Assembly: GCA_965652295.1 (NCBI GenBank)
Contig: CBFGTS010000003.1
Location: 32,001 to 96,000 of the forward strand
Length of the DNA stretch: 64,000 bases
Source of the DNA: an uncultured Haloferula sp.
GTDB lineage: Bacteria; Verrucomicrobiota; Verrucomicrobiia; Verrucomicrobiales; Akkermansiaceae
Direction of reading: 5' to 3'
Shown here: positions 35,839 to 45,100 of the stretch, in pieces
Numbering within the stretch: position 1 is the stretch's first letter
Layout: every line of letters begins with the position of its first letter
The notes under the pieces: generated by a model
Told to the model about the DNA's origin: nothing
Seen by the model: the letters and a program-made list of their open reading frames with translations, nothing else
The model's database searches: none
Program-made: the position numbers and the translations under genes

Positions 35839-36507
35839 ATGAAACTCCTGATCGTCGAAGACGCCGCGCGCCTGCGCGAGACGCTCGAAAAAGCCCTGTC
35901 CCGCATGGGTCATGCCGTCGATACCGCGGCCGATGGCATCGAGGGCGACGCAATGGGCCGCGGCTCGAACTATGACGCGGTGGTGCTCGATCGCATGCTG
36001 CCGGGAAAGGACGGCATCACCGTGCTGCGTGATTGGCGGCGGGATGGCATCGCGACTCCCGTGCTGCTGCTCACCGCATTGGACGGCGTGGAGGAAAAGG
36101 TGCGCGGCCTCGGCCAGGGTGCCGATGACTACCTTACCAAGCCGTTTGCACTGGCCGAGCTCGTCGCCCGGCTCGAAGCCCTCGTCCGCCGCCGCTACGA
36201 CCAGCCGGCACCGGTTTTGAAAATCGGCCCGCTGGAGATCGACACCCCGGCCAAGTCCGTGAAGCGGGACGGAGAAACGATCCCGCTCACCGCGCGGGAG
36301 TTCTCTCTCCTGGAGCTTCTCGCCCGCCGCCCCGGGCAGGTGATGAGCCGCGAACGGATCGAGTCCCACCTCTACGCCGAGCTCAGCGGGCCGCTCAGCA
36401 ACGCCGTCGACGCCGCCGTTTACTCGCTGCGCCGGAAACTCTGTCCGCCGGGCACGCCGGCTTTGATTCACACCCGCCGCGGGCTCGGCTACGTTCTTGA
36501 GGCATGA
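35839..36507 (+). CDS. OmpR-family response regulator
   Basis: LLIVED, VLDRMLPGKDG, GADDYLTKPF, LTAREF, IHTRRGLGY. Confidence 0.95.
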   Translation: MKLLIVEDAARLRETLEKALSRMGHAVDTAADGIEGDAMGRGSNYDAVVLDRMLPGKDGITVLRDWRRDGIATPVLLLTALDGVEEKVRGLGQGADDYLTKPFALAELVARLEALVRRRYDQPAPVLKIGPLEIDTPAKSVKRDGETIPLTAREFSLLELLARRPGQVMSRERIESHLYAELSGPLSNAVDAAVYSLRRKLCPPGTPALIHTRRGLGYVLEA

Positions 36508-37889
36508 TCTCGATCCGCCGCCGGCTCACCTTTCTCCTCTGTCTCGCGGTCGGCGCGCTGTTCATCGCCACCGGTCTCGGCGTCTTCCTCGCCATGCGCG
36601 GCCTGCTCCAGAAGCAGTTCGATGAAACACTGACCGCCAAGGCACGGGCGTTGATCACCGCCTCGGAGATCGACGACGGCGACTTCGAGATCGACCTCAC
36701 CGTGCAGGACTTCGCCGGCTTCGGACCGGGCGGCGAGGACTACTTCGAGATCCGTCGGGAAAGCGGAAAGCTGTTCCTGATGTCCCCCTCTCTTGAAAAT
36801 GACGGCTTCCGCATCTCCGACGACCCGCGCGCCCGCGCCCCGCGGGACGACGCGCCGCGGATCTTCGCCACCGGGCTGGGCGATGGCCGTTCCGCCCGTG
36901 TCTACGTCCAGCACTTCCAACCGAAGGACGACAAGAAGGAGCGCTTCCAAGACCTTTATCTGATTGTCGCCAGTCCCACGCGCGGCATGCACCTCCAGCT
37001 CGTGCTGCTTGCTACGGTGCTTGGCGTAGCCGGCGCGGCCGCATTGGTCGCCATGGTGCCGGTCATCCGCCTCGGTCTTGCCGCCGGGTTGAAGCCGCTC
37101 GACCGGCTCGCCTCGGACGTCGGCTCGATCCGTCCCGAATCGCTCCACCAACGGCTCGATGTCTCAAGCCTCCCCGCCGAGCTGGTGCCTGTCGCCACCC
37201 GCCTTAACGAATGGCTCGGTCGGCTGGAGGCGTCGTTCGAGCGGGAGCGGCGCTTCAGCAGCCACGCCGCGCACGAGCTGCGCACGCCGCTGGCCGAGCT
37301 GAAAACCATGGCCGAGCTGGGCGCGATGTGGCCGGAGGAAGCGACCTCCGACCGCTGCGCGGAAATGGTCAAGGTGACCGACGAACTGGAGGGGCTGCTC
37401 GACAAGCTCGCCCTGCTCGCCCGCGCCGATGCCGGTCGCCAGCCGGTCTCGCGCGAACCGGTTTCCCTCACCGCCACGATCGACGCGGCACTTTCCCGAA
37501 TGGCACCGCTGACGGCGGAAAAGCAGCTCCGCATCGAGTCGGAAATCGACGACCGGCCCTTTGTCACCGACCCCATCCTCTGGTCCACCATCCTCCAGAA
37601 CCTCCTCGGCAATGCCGTTTCTCACGCGCCCGAAGGCAGCACCATCCGCATCGAAGCCTCCCCGCGTGCGCTGCACGTCACCAACCCGGCTCCGGACCTT
37701 TCACCCGGCGATCTCGAGCACGTCTTCGATCGCTTTTGGCGCAAGGATCCCTCGCGCACCGGTTACGGCCACTCGGGCCTCGGCATGTCCATCGTCAAAG
37801 CCTGCGCAAGCCTGCTCGGCGGGGCTGCCACCGCCACGCTGACGCCCGCCGGGCATTTCCGCGCTCAGGTCGATTGGTCAGCCGAGTGA
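36504..37889 (+). CDS. HAMP-containing sensor histidine kinase
   Basis: Two TMs, AAHELRTPL, NLLGNA, FDRFWR, GLGMSIV; overlaps regulator stop. Confidence 0.94.
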   Translation: MISIRRRLTFLLCLAVGALFIATGLGVFLAMRGLLQKQFDETLTAKARALITASEIDDGDFEIDLTVQDFAGFGPGGEDYFEIRRESGKLFLMSPSLENDGFRISDDPRARAPRDDAPRIFATGLGDGRSARVYVQHFQPKDDKKERFQDLYLIVASPTRGMHLQLVLLATVLGVAGAAALVAMVPVIRLGLAAGLKPLDRLASDVGSIRPESLHQRLDVSSLPAELVPVATRLNEWLGRLEASFERERRFSSHAAHELRTPLAELKTMAELGAMWPEEATSDRCAEMVKVTDELEGLLDKLALLARADAGRQPVSREPVSLTATIDAALSRMAPLTAEKQLRIESEIDDRPFVTDPILWSTILQNLLGNAVSHAPEGSTIRIEASPRALHVTNPAPDLSPGDLEHVFDRFWRKDPSRTGYGHSGLGMSIVKACASLLGGAATATLTPAGHFRAQVDWSAE

Positions 37890-37951
37890 TCTGCCGGCAC
37901 CTCCGGAAACCGAAGCTTTCCCCCGCCCCGGCGACCCGCTTGGCTCGCACC

Positions 37952-39028
37952 ATGATCCGCGGATGCCTCGCTGTCGTGCTTGCCACCTCCCCTCTCCTCG
38001 CCGAGGAAATGCCCATGACTCGGGAGCAGGCGGAGGATTTCGTGAAACTCGCGCTGTCGGGGATCGACCGCGAGTTTCCCAACAAGACCGGCCACGTCAC
38101 CACGGGCCCGGACGATCTGCGCACACCACGCCAGATGCACCCGGTCTTCTACGGTCACTTCGACTGGCACTCCTCCGTCCACGGCCACTGGACCCTGGCC
38201 CGCCTGCTGAAGCTGCACCCGCAGGCTCCCTTCGCGGAAGACGTCCGCACGCTACTCGACGATAGGCTCACCCGACCCGCGCTGGAGAAGGAAGCCGCCT
38301 ATTTCCGGGAAAAGGACAACCGCAGCTTCGAACGCATGTACGGCTGGGCCTGGACCTTGCGCCTGGCCACCGAGCTGCGGACCTGGGACGACCCCGACGC
38401 CCGGCGCTGGGCGGAAAATTTCGCGCCGCTCGAAAGCGAGATCGTTTCCCTGGCCAAGGACTACCTCCCGAAGCTCGACTGGCCGGTGCGCTGCGGTTTT
38501 CACCCCGAAACGGCGTTTCCTCTCGCCCAGATGCTCGACTACGCCCGGGCGGTCGGCGATGCTGGCCTGGAAAGGCTGATCATCGACAAAGCCACCGGCT
38601 TTTACGGCAAGGACCGTAGCTACCCCACCGGTTACGAACCCTCGGGAAACGACTTCTTTTCCCCCGGCCTCAACGTCGCCGACCTGATGCGCCGCGTCCT
38701 GCCGGCGGACGCGTTCTCCACCTGGTTGACGGGATATTTCCCCGATCTCGCCGAGGGCCGGGCCGGAAATCTCCTGACACCCGTGGACGTCAGCGATCCG
38801 ACCGATGGTCAGCTCATCCACCTCGCCGGACTGAATCTCAGCCGCGCCTGGGCCATGGACGGAATCGCCTCCACTCTGCCCCGGGACGATCCCCGGCGCG
38901 CCGTGTTGGAAACGTCCGCCGCCGGCCACACCCGGGCCGGCCTGCGTTGGATCGGCAGCGGCCACTACGAGGGCGACCACTGGCTCGGTTCCTTCGCGGT
39001 CTATCGCCTGACCGGTGTCGGGCGATGA
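37952..39028 (+). CDS. Secreted DUF2891 family protein
   Basis: HPVFYGHFDWHSSVHGHW, FERMYGWAW, EPSGNDFFSP, HLAGLNLSRAW, Y.GDHWLGSFA. Confidence 0.88.
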   Translation: MIRGCLAVVLATSPLLAEEMPMTREQAEDFVKLALSGIDREFPNKTGHVTTGPDDLRTPRQMHPVFYGHFDWHSSVHGHWTLARLLKLHPQAPFAEDVRTLLDDRLTRPALEKEAAYFREKDNRSFERMYGWAWTLRLATELRTWDDPDARRWAENFAPLESEIVSLAKDYLPKLDWPVRCGFHPETAFPLAQMLDYARAVGDAGLERLIIDKATGFYGKDRSYPTGYEPSGNDFFSPGLNVADLMRRVLPADAFSTWLTGYFPDLAEGRAGNLLTPVDVSDPTDGQLIHLAGLNLSRAWAMDGIASTLPRDDPRRAVLETSAAGHTRAGLRWIGSGHYEGDHWLGSFAVYRLTGVGR

Positions 39029-39079
39029 TGCCCATCCTTCGTGCTTGGCGGCGGCCCCGGAAACGCGTCCCTTGAGAAG

Positions 39080-40723
39080 GTGAACCACCCGGAATACCTC
39101 GCCGCCATCCTCCTCGCCCTCACGCCCGTCCACGCGGCGGAGTGGAACCGCCTCTTCAACGGCGAGGACCTCCAGGGATGGAGTATCACTCTGGAAAACC
39201 AGCAGCCCGGCGAGGACCCCGAAAAACTCGTCCAGATCCACGACGGCACCGTCCACATGTATCGCGACGTGCCCGCCGGGAAGAAAGTTCCCTTCGGAGT
39301 CATCACCACCGACGAGAGCTACTCCGACTACCACCTGCGCTTCGAATACCGCTGGATCGGAAAGCGCTTCGAGCCCCGCGCCAAGGAGCTGCGCGATGCC
39401 GGCGTGATCTATCACGTGCAGGATGCGTCCAAGGTCTGGCCCTCCGGCCCGGAGTGCCAGGTGCAGGAGGGAGACACGGGCGACGTGGTTTTCATCCGCA
39501 CCGGCGGCCTCACCTGGATGCGCCCGGCCGACTCTCCCGCGCCCGATGGTCAGGGCGAGCCCGGCTTGCTCCCGGAAAACGGCGGCATCCCGCGCTTCTT
39601 CGAGCCGAGCTGGCCCTACATCGGCCGCTTCGAGGAAGCGGACTCGCCCTCCGGCTGGAACCGTGTCGACATCCTCGTGCGCGGCGATGAAGCCGTCCAC
39701 GTCGTCAACGGCCGCGTCATCGCCCGGATCATCGGCATGGTCGGCGAGGACGGAGAGCCGCTCACCTCCGGGCGGATCAGTTTTCAGCTCGAAGCGGCCG
39801 AGGTCCAATACCGGAACATCGAACTCCGCCCCTTGAACGAATCGGGCCCCGAGCCCTCAGCGCGGCTCCTCAGCCTGAGCGCTGTCAAGGGCCACCCCTC
39901 CCGCACCGCGACGGTGAAGGTATCCACGCCGGACGAATCCCTTCCGCAGCCGATCGCCCTCCGCGGTGCCGATGCGGACTCGTTCGAGATTCTGGACAGG
40001 CCCGCATCGCTCGATCAGCCCGAGGGAGAATGGACCGTCGGCTTCCGCCCGCAACGCGGTCGTGGCCGCTACAGCGCCAGTCTGGAACTCGGCTCGCCCG
40101 AAACGGGAGAGGGCACCACCGTTCTGCTCCAGGGCATCGCGCTTGATGCCTTCGAGGGCGAAAACGAGCCGCCGCTCCAGGACATCGTCCACGCGCTCGG
40201 CATCCCGCTCGATGTCGGCGGCGGCAAGCTGGAGCTCGACAAGGATGCCGCCAGCATCGGCGACGGCATCGACGCCTCCTATTTCACCGCTGCCGGAGTG
40301 GAGAAAATCCGCATCACCCCCCTGGCCCGTTTTTCCCCGCCCGGGGCCACGCCGGTCGGCCTCATGGTCCGCGGAAACGAGGCACTGACCGAAATCGGCC
40401 GCCTGTCGGATTCGAACGATCCCATCGATGCCCACCAGACCCTGCTTCCGCCCTGGGAAGGCGGAAAAGCCGCGATCGAAATCGCCCCGCCCGACGAGCC
40501 GTTCGGTTTCTACATGGAGGGGCATCACTACACCTCCTTCACCGATCGCGAGCGCCCCAGCAAAGCTTCCATCGCCCACACCGCACGGATCTATCCTGTC
40601 CGCTTCTTTCAGGGAAAAAGGATGACCGACACCTGGATCGTCGCCTTCGAAGAAGCGAGCAACGGCGATTATCAAGACCTCGTCCTCATGGTCGAAGGCA
40701 TCGAGCCGCTTCCGAGCGAGTGA
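39080..40723 (+). CDS. Secreted DUF1080 (3-keto-disaccharide hydrolase-like) protein with C-terminal accessory domains
   Basis: LFNGEDLQGW, YSDYHLRFEY, RDAGV, ECQVQEGDTGD, WNRVDI, GRISFQLE..EVQYRNIEL. Confidence 0.85.
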   Translation: MNHPEYLAAILLALTPVHAAEWNRLFNGEDLQGWSITLENQQPGEDPEKLVQIHDGTVHMYRDVPAGKKVPFGVITTDESYSDYHLRFEYRWIGKRFEPRAKELRDAGVIYHVQDASKVWPSGPECQVQEGDTGDVVFIRTGGLTWMRPADSPAPDGQGEPGLLPENGGIPRFFEPSWPYIGRFEEADSPSGWNRVDILVRGDEAVHVVNGRVIARIIGMVGEDGEPLTSGRISFQLEAAEVQYRNIELRPLNESGPEPSARLLSLSAVKGHPSRTATVKVSTPDESLPQPIALRGADADSFEILDRPASLDQPEGEWTVGFRPQRGRGRYSASLELGSPETGEGTTVLLQGIALDAFEGENEPPLQDIVHALGIPLDVGGGKLELDKDAASIGDGIDASYFTAAGVEKIRITPLARFSPPGATPVGLMVRGNEALTEIGRLSDSNDPIDAHQTLLPPWEGGKAAIEIAPPDEPFGFYMEGHHYTSFTDRERPSKASIAHTARIYPVRFFQGKRMTDTWIVAFEEASNGDYQDLVLMVEGIEPLPSE

Positions 40724-40813
40724 TGAGGGAACTCGTCCGGCTGCCATCCCTCAAGGCCGGGTAGAAACCCTCGACGACCACCCGAGCATGGTTCAAGCGA
40801 TGAACGAACGGCC

Positions 40814-41779
40814 TCAGCCGATCACCTCCGCCGGATCCTGATGCTGGGGCAGGCCGCGGGTGAAGGTGAGGTCGCGGATGGGTGCGAGAATGTCGAGGAT
40901 TTCAGCGAGCAGCTCCTCGTTCATCGGCTCGTTGGCGTAGGCGATGTTGGCGCGGATGTTGGCCGGCCGGGCCGTGCCAACGAGCGTGGTGGCGATGTCC
41001 GGGTGGGCGAGACAGAACTGGACGGCCAGCTTCACGATGTCCTCCCCCTTCGCCTGGCAATGCTGAACCGCCTTCCGGCAGCCGTCCTGAATCCTGCTGC
41101 TGGCGGGATGCCATCCCGGCACGCCACGCTCGGTGAGGAGCCCCATGCCGGTCGGCGAGGCGTTGATCACGCCCACTCCTTTTTCCTTCAGATAGGGCAT
41201 CAGACCATCCAGCGAGGTGTCGTTGAGCTCGTAATGGCAGAAGGAAAGAACCGTCTCGACGACGCCGGGCTCAACGCGGTCGAGAATCGAGCGGAAGGTG
41301 CCGAGCGGCAGCGCGGTGATCCCGACGTGGCGGACGAGGCCCTGCTCCTTGAGCCGGTGCAGGGCGGGCAGGGTCTCATTGACGATCTGCTCGTGGTCGG
41401 CGAACTCGATGTCGTGGCACTGGATCAGATCGAGGTAATCGACTCCGAGCCTCACCAAACTGTGTTCGACGCTGCGTTCCGTGCTCGCGCGGGAGTAGTC
41501 GTAATCGCCGCGGGCCTCGCTGTAGCTGCCGATCTTGGTGGCGAGGTGGTAGGAATCCCGAGGCACGCCTTCAAGCGCCCGGCCGAGGTTCAGTTCCGCC
41601 CGGGTCCCACCGTAGGCGGGTGAGACATCGATGAAGTTGATCCCGCCTTCGAGGGCGGCGTGGACCGTCTCCACGCAGTCATCGAGGCTGACATCGTGAA
41701 AAACGGCGCCCAGCGACGACGCGCCGAAGCTAAGGACGGAGACTTCCATCCCGGTATGGCCGAGTGTGCGGTAGTTCAT
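40814..41779 (-). CDS. Aldo/keto reductase, L-galactose dehydrogenase-like
   Basis: FGASSLG, GINFIDVSPAYG, ATKIG, LGVDYLDLIQCHDIEF, GVGVINASP. Confidence 0.85.
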   Translation of the reverse strand: MNYRTLGHTGMEVSVLSFGASSLGAVFHDVSLDDCVETVHAALEGGINFIDVSPAYGGTRAELNLGRALEGVPRDSYHLATKIGSYSEARGDYDYSRASTERSVEHSLVRLGVDYLDLIQCHDIEFADHEQIVNETLPALHRLKEQGLVRHVGITALPLGTFRSILDRVEPGVVETVLSFCHYELNDTSLDGLMPYLKEKGVGVINASPTGMGLLTERGVPGWHPASSRIQDGCRKAVQHCQAKGEDIVKLAVQFCLAHPDIATTLVGTARPANIRANIAYANEPMNEELLAEILDILAPIRDLTFTRGLPQHQDPAEVIG

Positions 41780-41978
41780 GGGATTCGGGACGCCGGGGAT
41801 CCAATGGCGAACCACCAAAACTAGCGGATGGCGGACGTTTCTAGAATGACTCGAATTGACGAACGCATGGATATTTCTGTCGTGTCAGGGGGATCGAAAC
41901 CCTCGGAACGTCGTCTCCTTCGCACCGGCTCCCGCCGGGAGACCCGGGATGGCTTCGGCTTTCCCGATGAGAAAGTGC

Positions 41979-42008
41979 GTCGGGATTTTTGGCGAAAACA
42001 CGCATCTC
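41979..42008 (+). promoter_or_regulatory. Putative ECF promoter, copy 1
   Basis: GTCGG-GATTTTTGGCGAAAACA-CGCATCTC (17-nt spacer), ~100 nt upstream of 42107. Confidence 0.7.
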
Positions 42009-42106
42009 GATGACGAGGCCCCATCGATCCGGCTCCGGCTCCGCAGACGAGGTCTGCCCGGCCTCACGACGCCGCGATCCGATTCGCGGGAAATCTCTCC
42101 AAACCC

Positions 42107-45100
42107 ATGCCCATTCCAGCTGTCATCCAACCCGCGGGACTCCTCCGGATCCTGGCTTTCGAACTCTTGATCGGTTCCGTCGGCGCTCAGGTCGTCCAAA
42201 CCGTGAATTCCACCGGTTCGGCCACCGCTTGGAACGGTGCCATCTGGGGAACCCCGGCGACAACGCCGACGAGTGGCAACGGCTACGCCACCGCAGCCGG
42301 TCTGATATCGCCCTCCGCCACCAACCTCGGCACGGGAACCGACGTCACCGGACGGGTGCGGGCCTACGATGAAAGCCCTGGATTCAACGGCGATGCGCTC
42401 ACCCTCGTTTCCGCGACCGAGCTGCTGCTCAAGGGAGCCGGCACGACCTACACGGCGAACCTCGTCCTGAACGGCGGCATCCTCCGCTTTTCTCCGGATG
42501 CCGGTGGCAACGTGACCTTGGCCGGCACCCTCGATGTCGCCTCGGATTCGGTGCTCGGATTGGTGCAGAGCGGCATCAGCACGTTGACGATCGGTTCCAC
42601 CCTCACCGGAAATGGCGTACTGCGCCTCGCTGCCGGTCAGAACAACGGCAACTCGCTCATTTTTGATGACGGTGCCGGGCTTTCCTTGAACGGCTTCGAA
42701 GGCACTCTCGAAATCGGCGGCGGAGCCAGCGCGGTCGTCGTTGGCTTCAACCAACCCTACGACATGAGCCTCGCCGAGGTGGCGATGGGCAGCCACTCGA
42801 CGGCCGACGTCCTGGCGCTGAACGCAGACATCACGGTGAAGTCGTTCACCTTCGGTGCCAGTGTGGTGGCACCGGGCACCTACAGCGTGGCGACGCTGAA
42901 TGCGACCTACGGAAGCGGCTCACGATTCACCGGGACCGGCTCGTTGACGGTGGGTGAGGGTGATGTCGACCCCGGGGGCGACAGCGATGGCGACGGATTG
43001 CCCAACTCGTTCGAGGATCAGATCATCAACGCGGATCCGCACGATGCGGTGGATGGCTATGAGGATGTGGCGGGACCGGAGGACGCCCCGGCCACGACCG
43101 ATTTCGACAAAGACGGACTGAGCGATGCCGATGAGTTCGTTCTGGGAACCAAGCCGGCTGATCCGGACAGCGACATGGACGGCTACGGCGATGCGGTCGA
43201 AGTCGCCGGCGCGACCGACCCGAACTCATCGATGAGCATGCCGCCGCAGGTCGCCGGCAATCCGCGCTCGCTGCCGGTGCTTTCGGCGGATGCGGTCGCG
43301 GGTGGCTTTTCCCTCGTGACGGGTGGAAACGCGGTGCCGGTGGTGTACGACGCCGCGGATGCGACGGTGGTGGAAAAGGCCGTGCTTTTGTATGCCGATG
43401 ACGTGGAGGCCGTCGGTGGCGTGCGGCCCGCGGTTTTGAACTCGGCCGACGGACTCAGCGGACCCGCGGTCCTCGTCGGCACCCTCGGCCAGAGCGCGCT
43501 GATCGACGGGTTGGTGGCTTCGGAAAAACTCGACGTTTCCGGGATCCGGGGAAGCTGGGAATCGTATCGCCTTGCCCGGGTGATCGAGCCCGTGCCGGGC
43601 ATCACCGAAGCTCTGGTCGTGGTCGGCAGCGACCGCCGGGGGACCGCCTACGGACTCGGTGCGATCAGCGAAGTCATGGGGGTTTCGCCCTGGACCTGGT
43701 GGGCCGATGTGCCACCGCCGGTGCGCCCGGAGATTCACCTGGCGGGCCTGCCGCTGGATTCGATGCCGCCCAGCGTCCGTTTCCGCGGCATCTTTATCAA
43801 CGACGAGGACTGGGGGCTGCAGGAATGGGCGGAGAAGAACTATGAGTCGGGGCCGGGCGAAGTGAAGGACATCGGGCCGAAGACCCATGCCAAGATCTTC
43901 GAGCTGCTGCTCCGCCTGCGCGCGAACTACTGTTGGCCGGGAATGCACCCGAGCACCCGCGCGTTCCACTATTACCCGGACAACAAGCAGGTGGCCGACG
44001 ATTACGCCATCGTCATGGGCAGCTCGCACGCCGAGCCGATGCTCCGCAACAACGTGGACGAGTGGGATCGATTCACCGACGACAACGGCTACTCGGACAA
44101 CTGGAACTACTCCCAAAACAAGCCCGTGATTTACGAATACTGGGATGTCAGGGCGCAGGAGGCCGGGCCGTTTGAAAATGTCTACACCATCGGCAAGCGC
44201 GGCATTCACGACTCCGGCATGGTGGAGGGCTCGAACAACACCGACAAGGCCGCCTGGCTCAACACCATCTTCGCCGACCAGCGCCAGATCCTCGCCAACC
44301 GGGTGAATGCGAACCCGGCCCGGGTGCCGCAGATTTTCGTCCCCTACAAGGAGGTGCTGAGCATCTACGACACGGGTCTGGTCAACGTTCCGGATGACGT
44401 CACGCTGGTGTGGCCGGATGACAATCACGGCTACATCCGGCGGCTTTCCAATAGCGCCGAGCAGCAGCGCTCCGGAGGCGGCGGCGTTTACTACCACCTG
44501 TCTTACTGGGGTGCACCGCAGGATTACCTCTGGCTCTCGACGATTCCGCCGTCGCTGATCTGGGAGGAAATGATGAAGGCTTATGAAAACGACTGCCACC
44601 GCTTGTGGGTCTTCAACGTCGGCGACATCAAACCGGCCGAGGTCAACATGGAGTATGCCCTGCGCCTCGCATGGAACGTTCACAGCCATGGTCCGGATTC
44701 CCAGATGAAATGGTTGAATGAATGGGCGACGCGCGAATTCGGAGCGGAGAGCGCCGGTGCCATCGCCTCGGTGATGAACGACTACTATCAACTCAACCAC
44801 GCCCGCAAACCCGAACACATGAACTGGAAGGACAGCGATGCGGGCAGCTCGGCACCTTCGGGCGCGACCTCTTACCCCTTGTTCAGCCAGGTCCACGAGG
44901 GCGATGAACTGGCGCACCGCCTCGCGGAGTTCGATGTGCTGCGGGAGCGCGCCGACCTCATTTTCGATGCGATCCCCTCTGACAAGCGCGACGCGTTCTA
45001 TCAACTCGTGGTCTATCCCGTTCGCGGGTCCGAAGCGATGAACCGCAAGGTCCTCCACACCGCGAGGGCCTACCGTGCGGTCGCCCAGAAACGCACCACC

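Noticed and set aside
32971..36471. 1166-aa minus-strand ORF and similar long antisense ORFs (2473-4398, 21454-23484, 43226-45694, 47289-50030)
   Set aside because: Shadow ORFs opposite well-supported genes, expected from high-GC codon bias; no recognisable motifs
37211..37951. Apparent N-terminal extension of the DUF2891 ORF
   Set aside because: Alternative frame of the histidine kinase gene; a signal peptide begins at 37952
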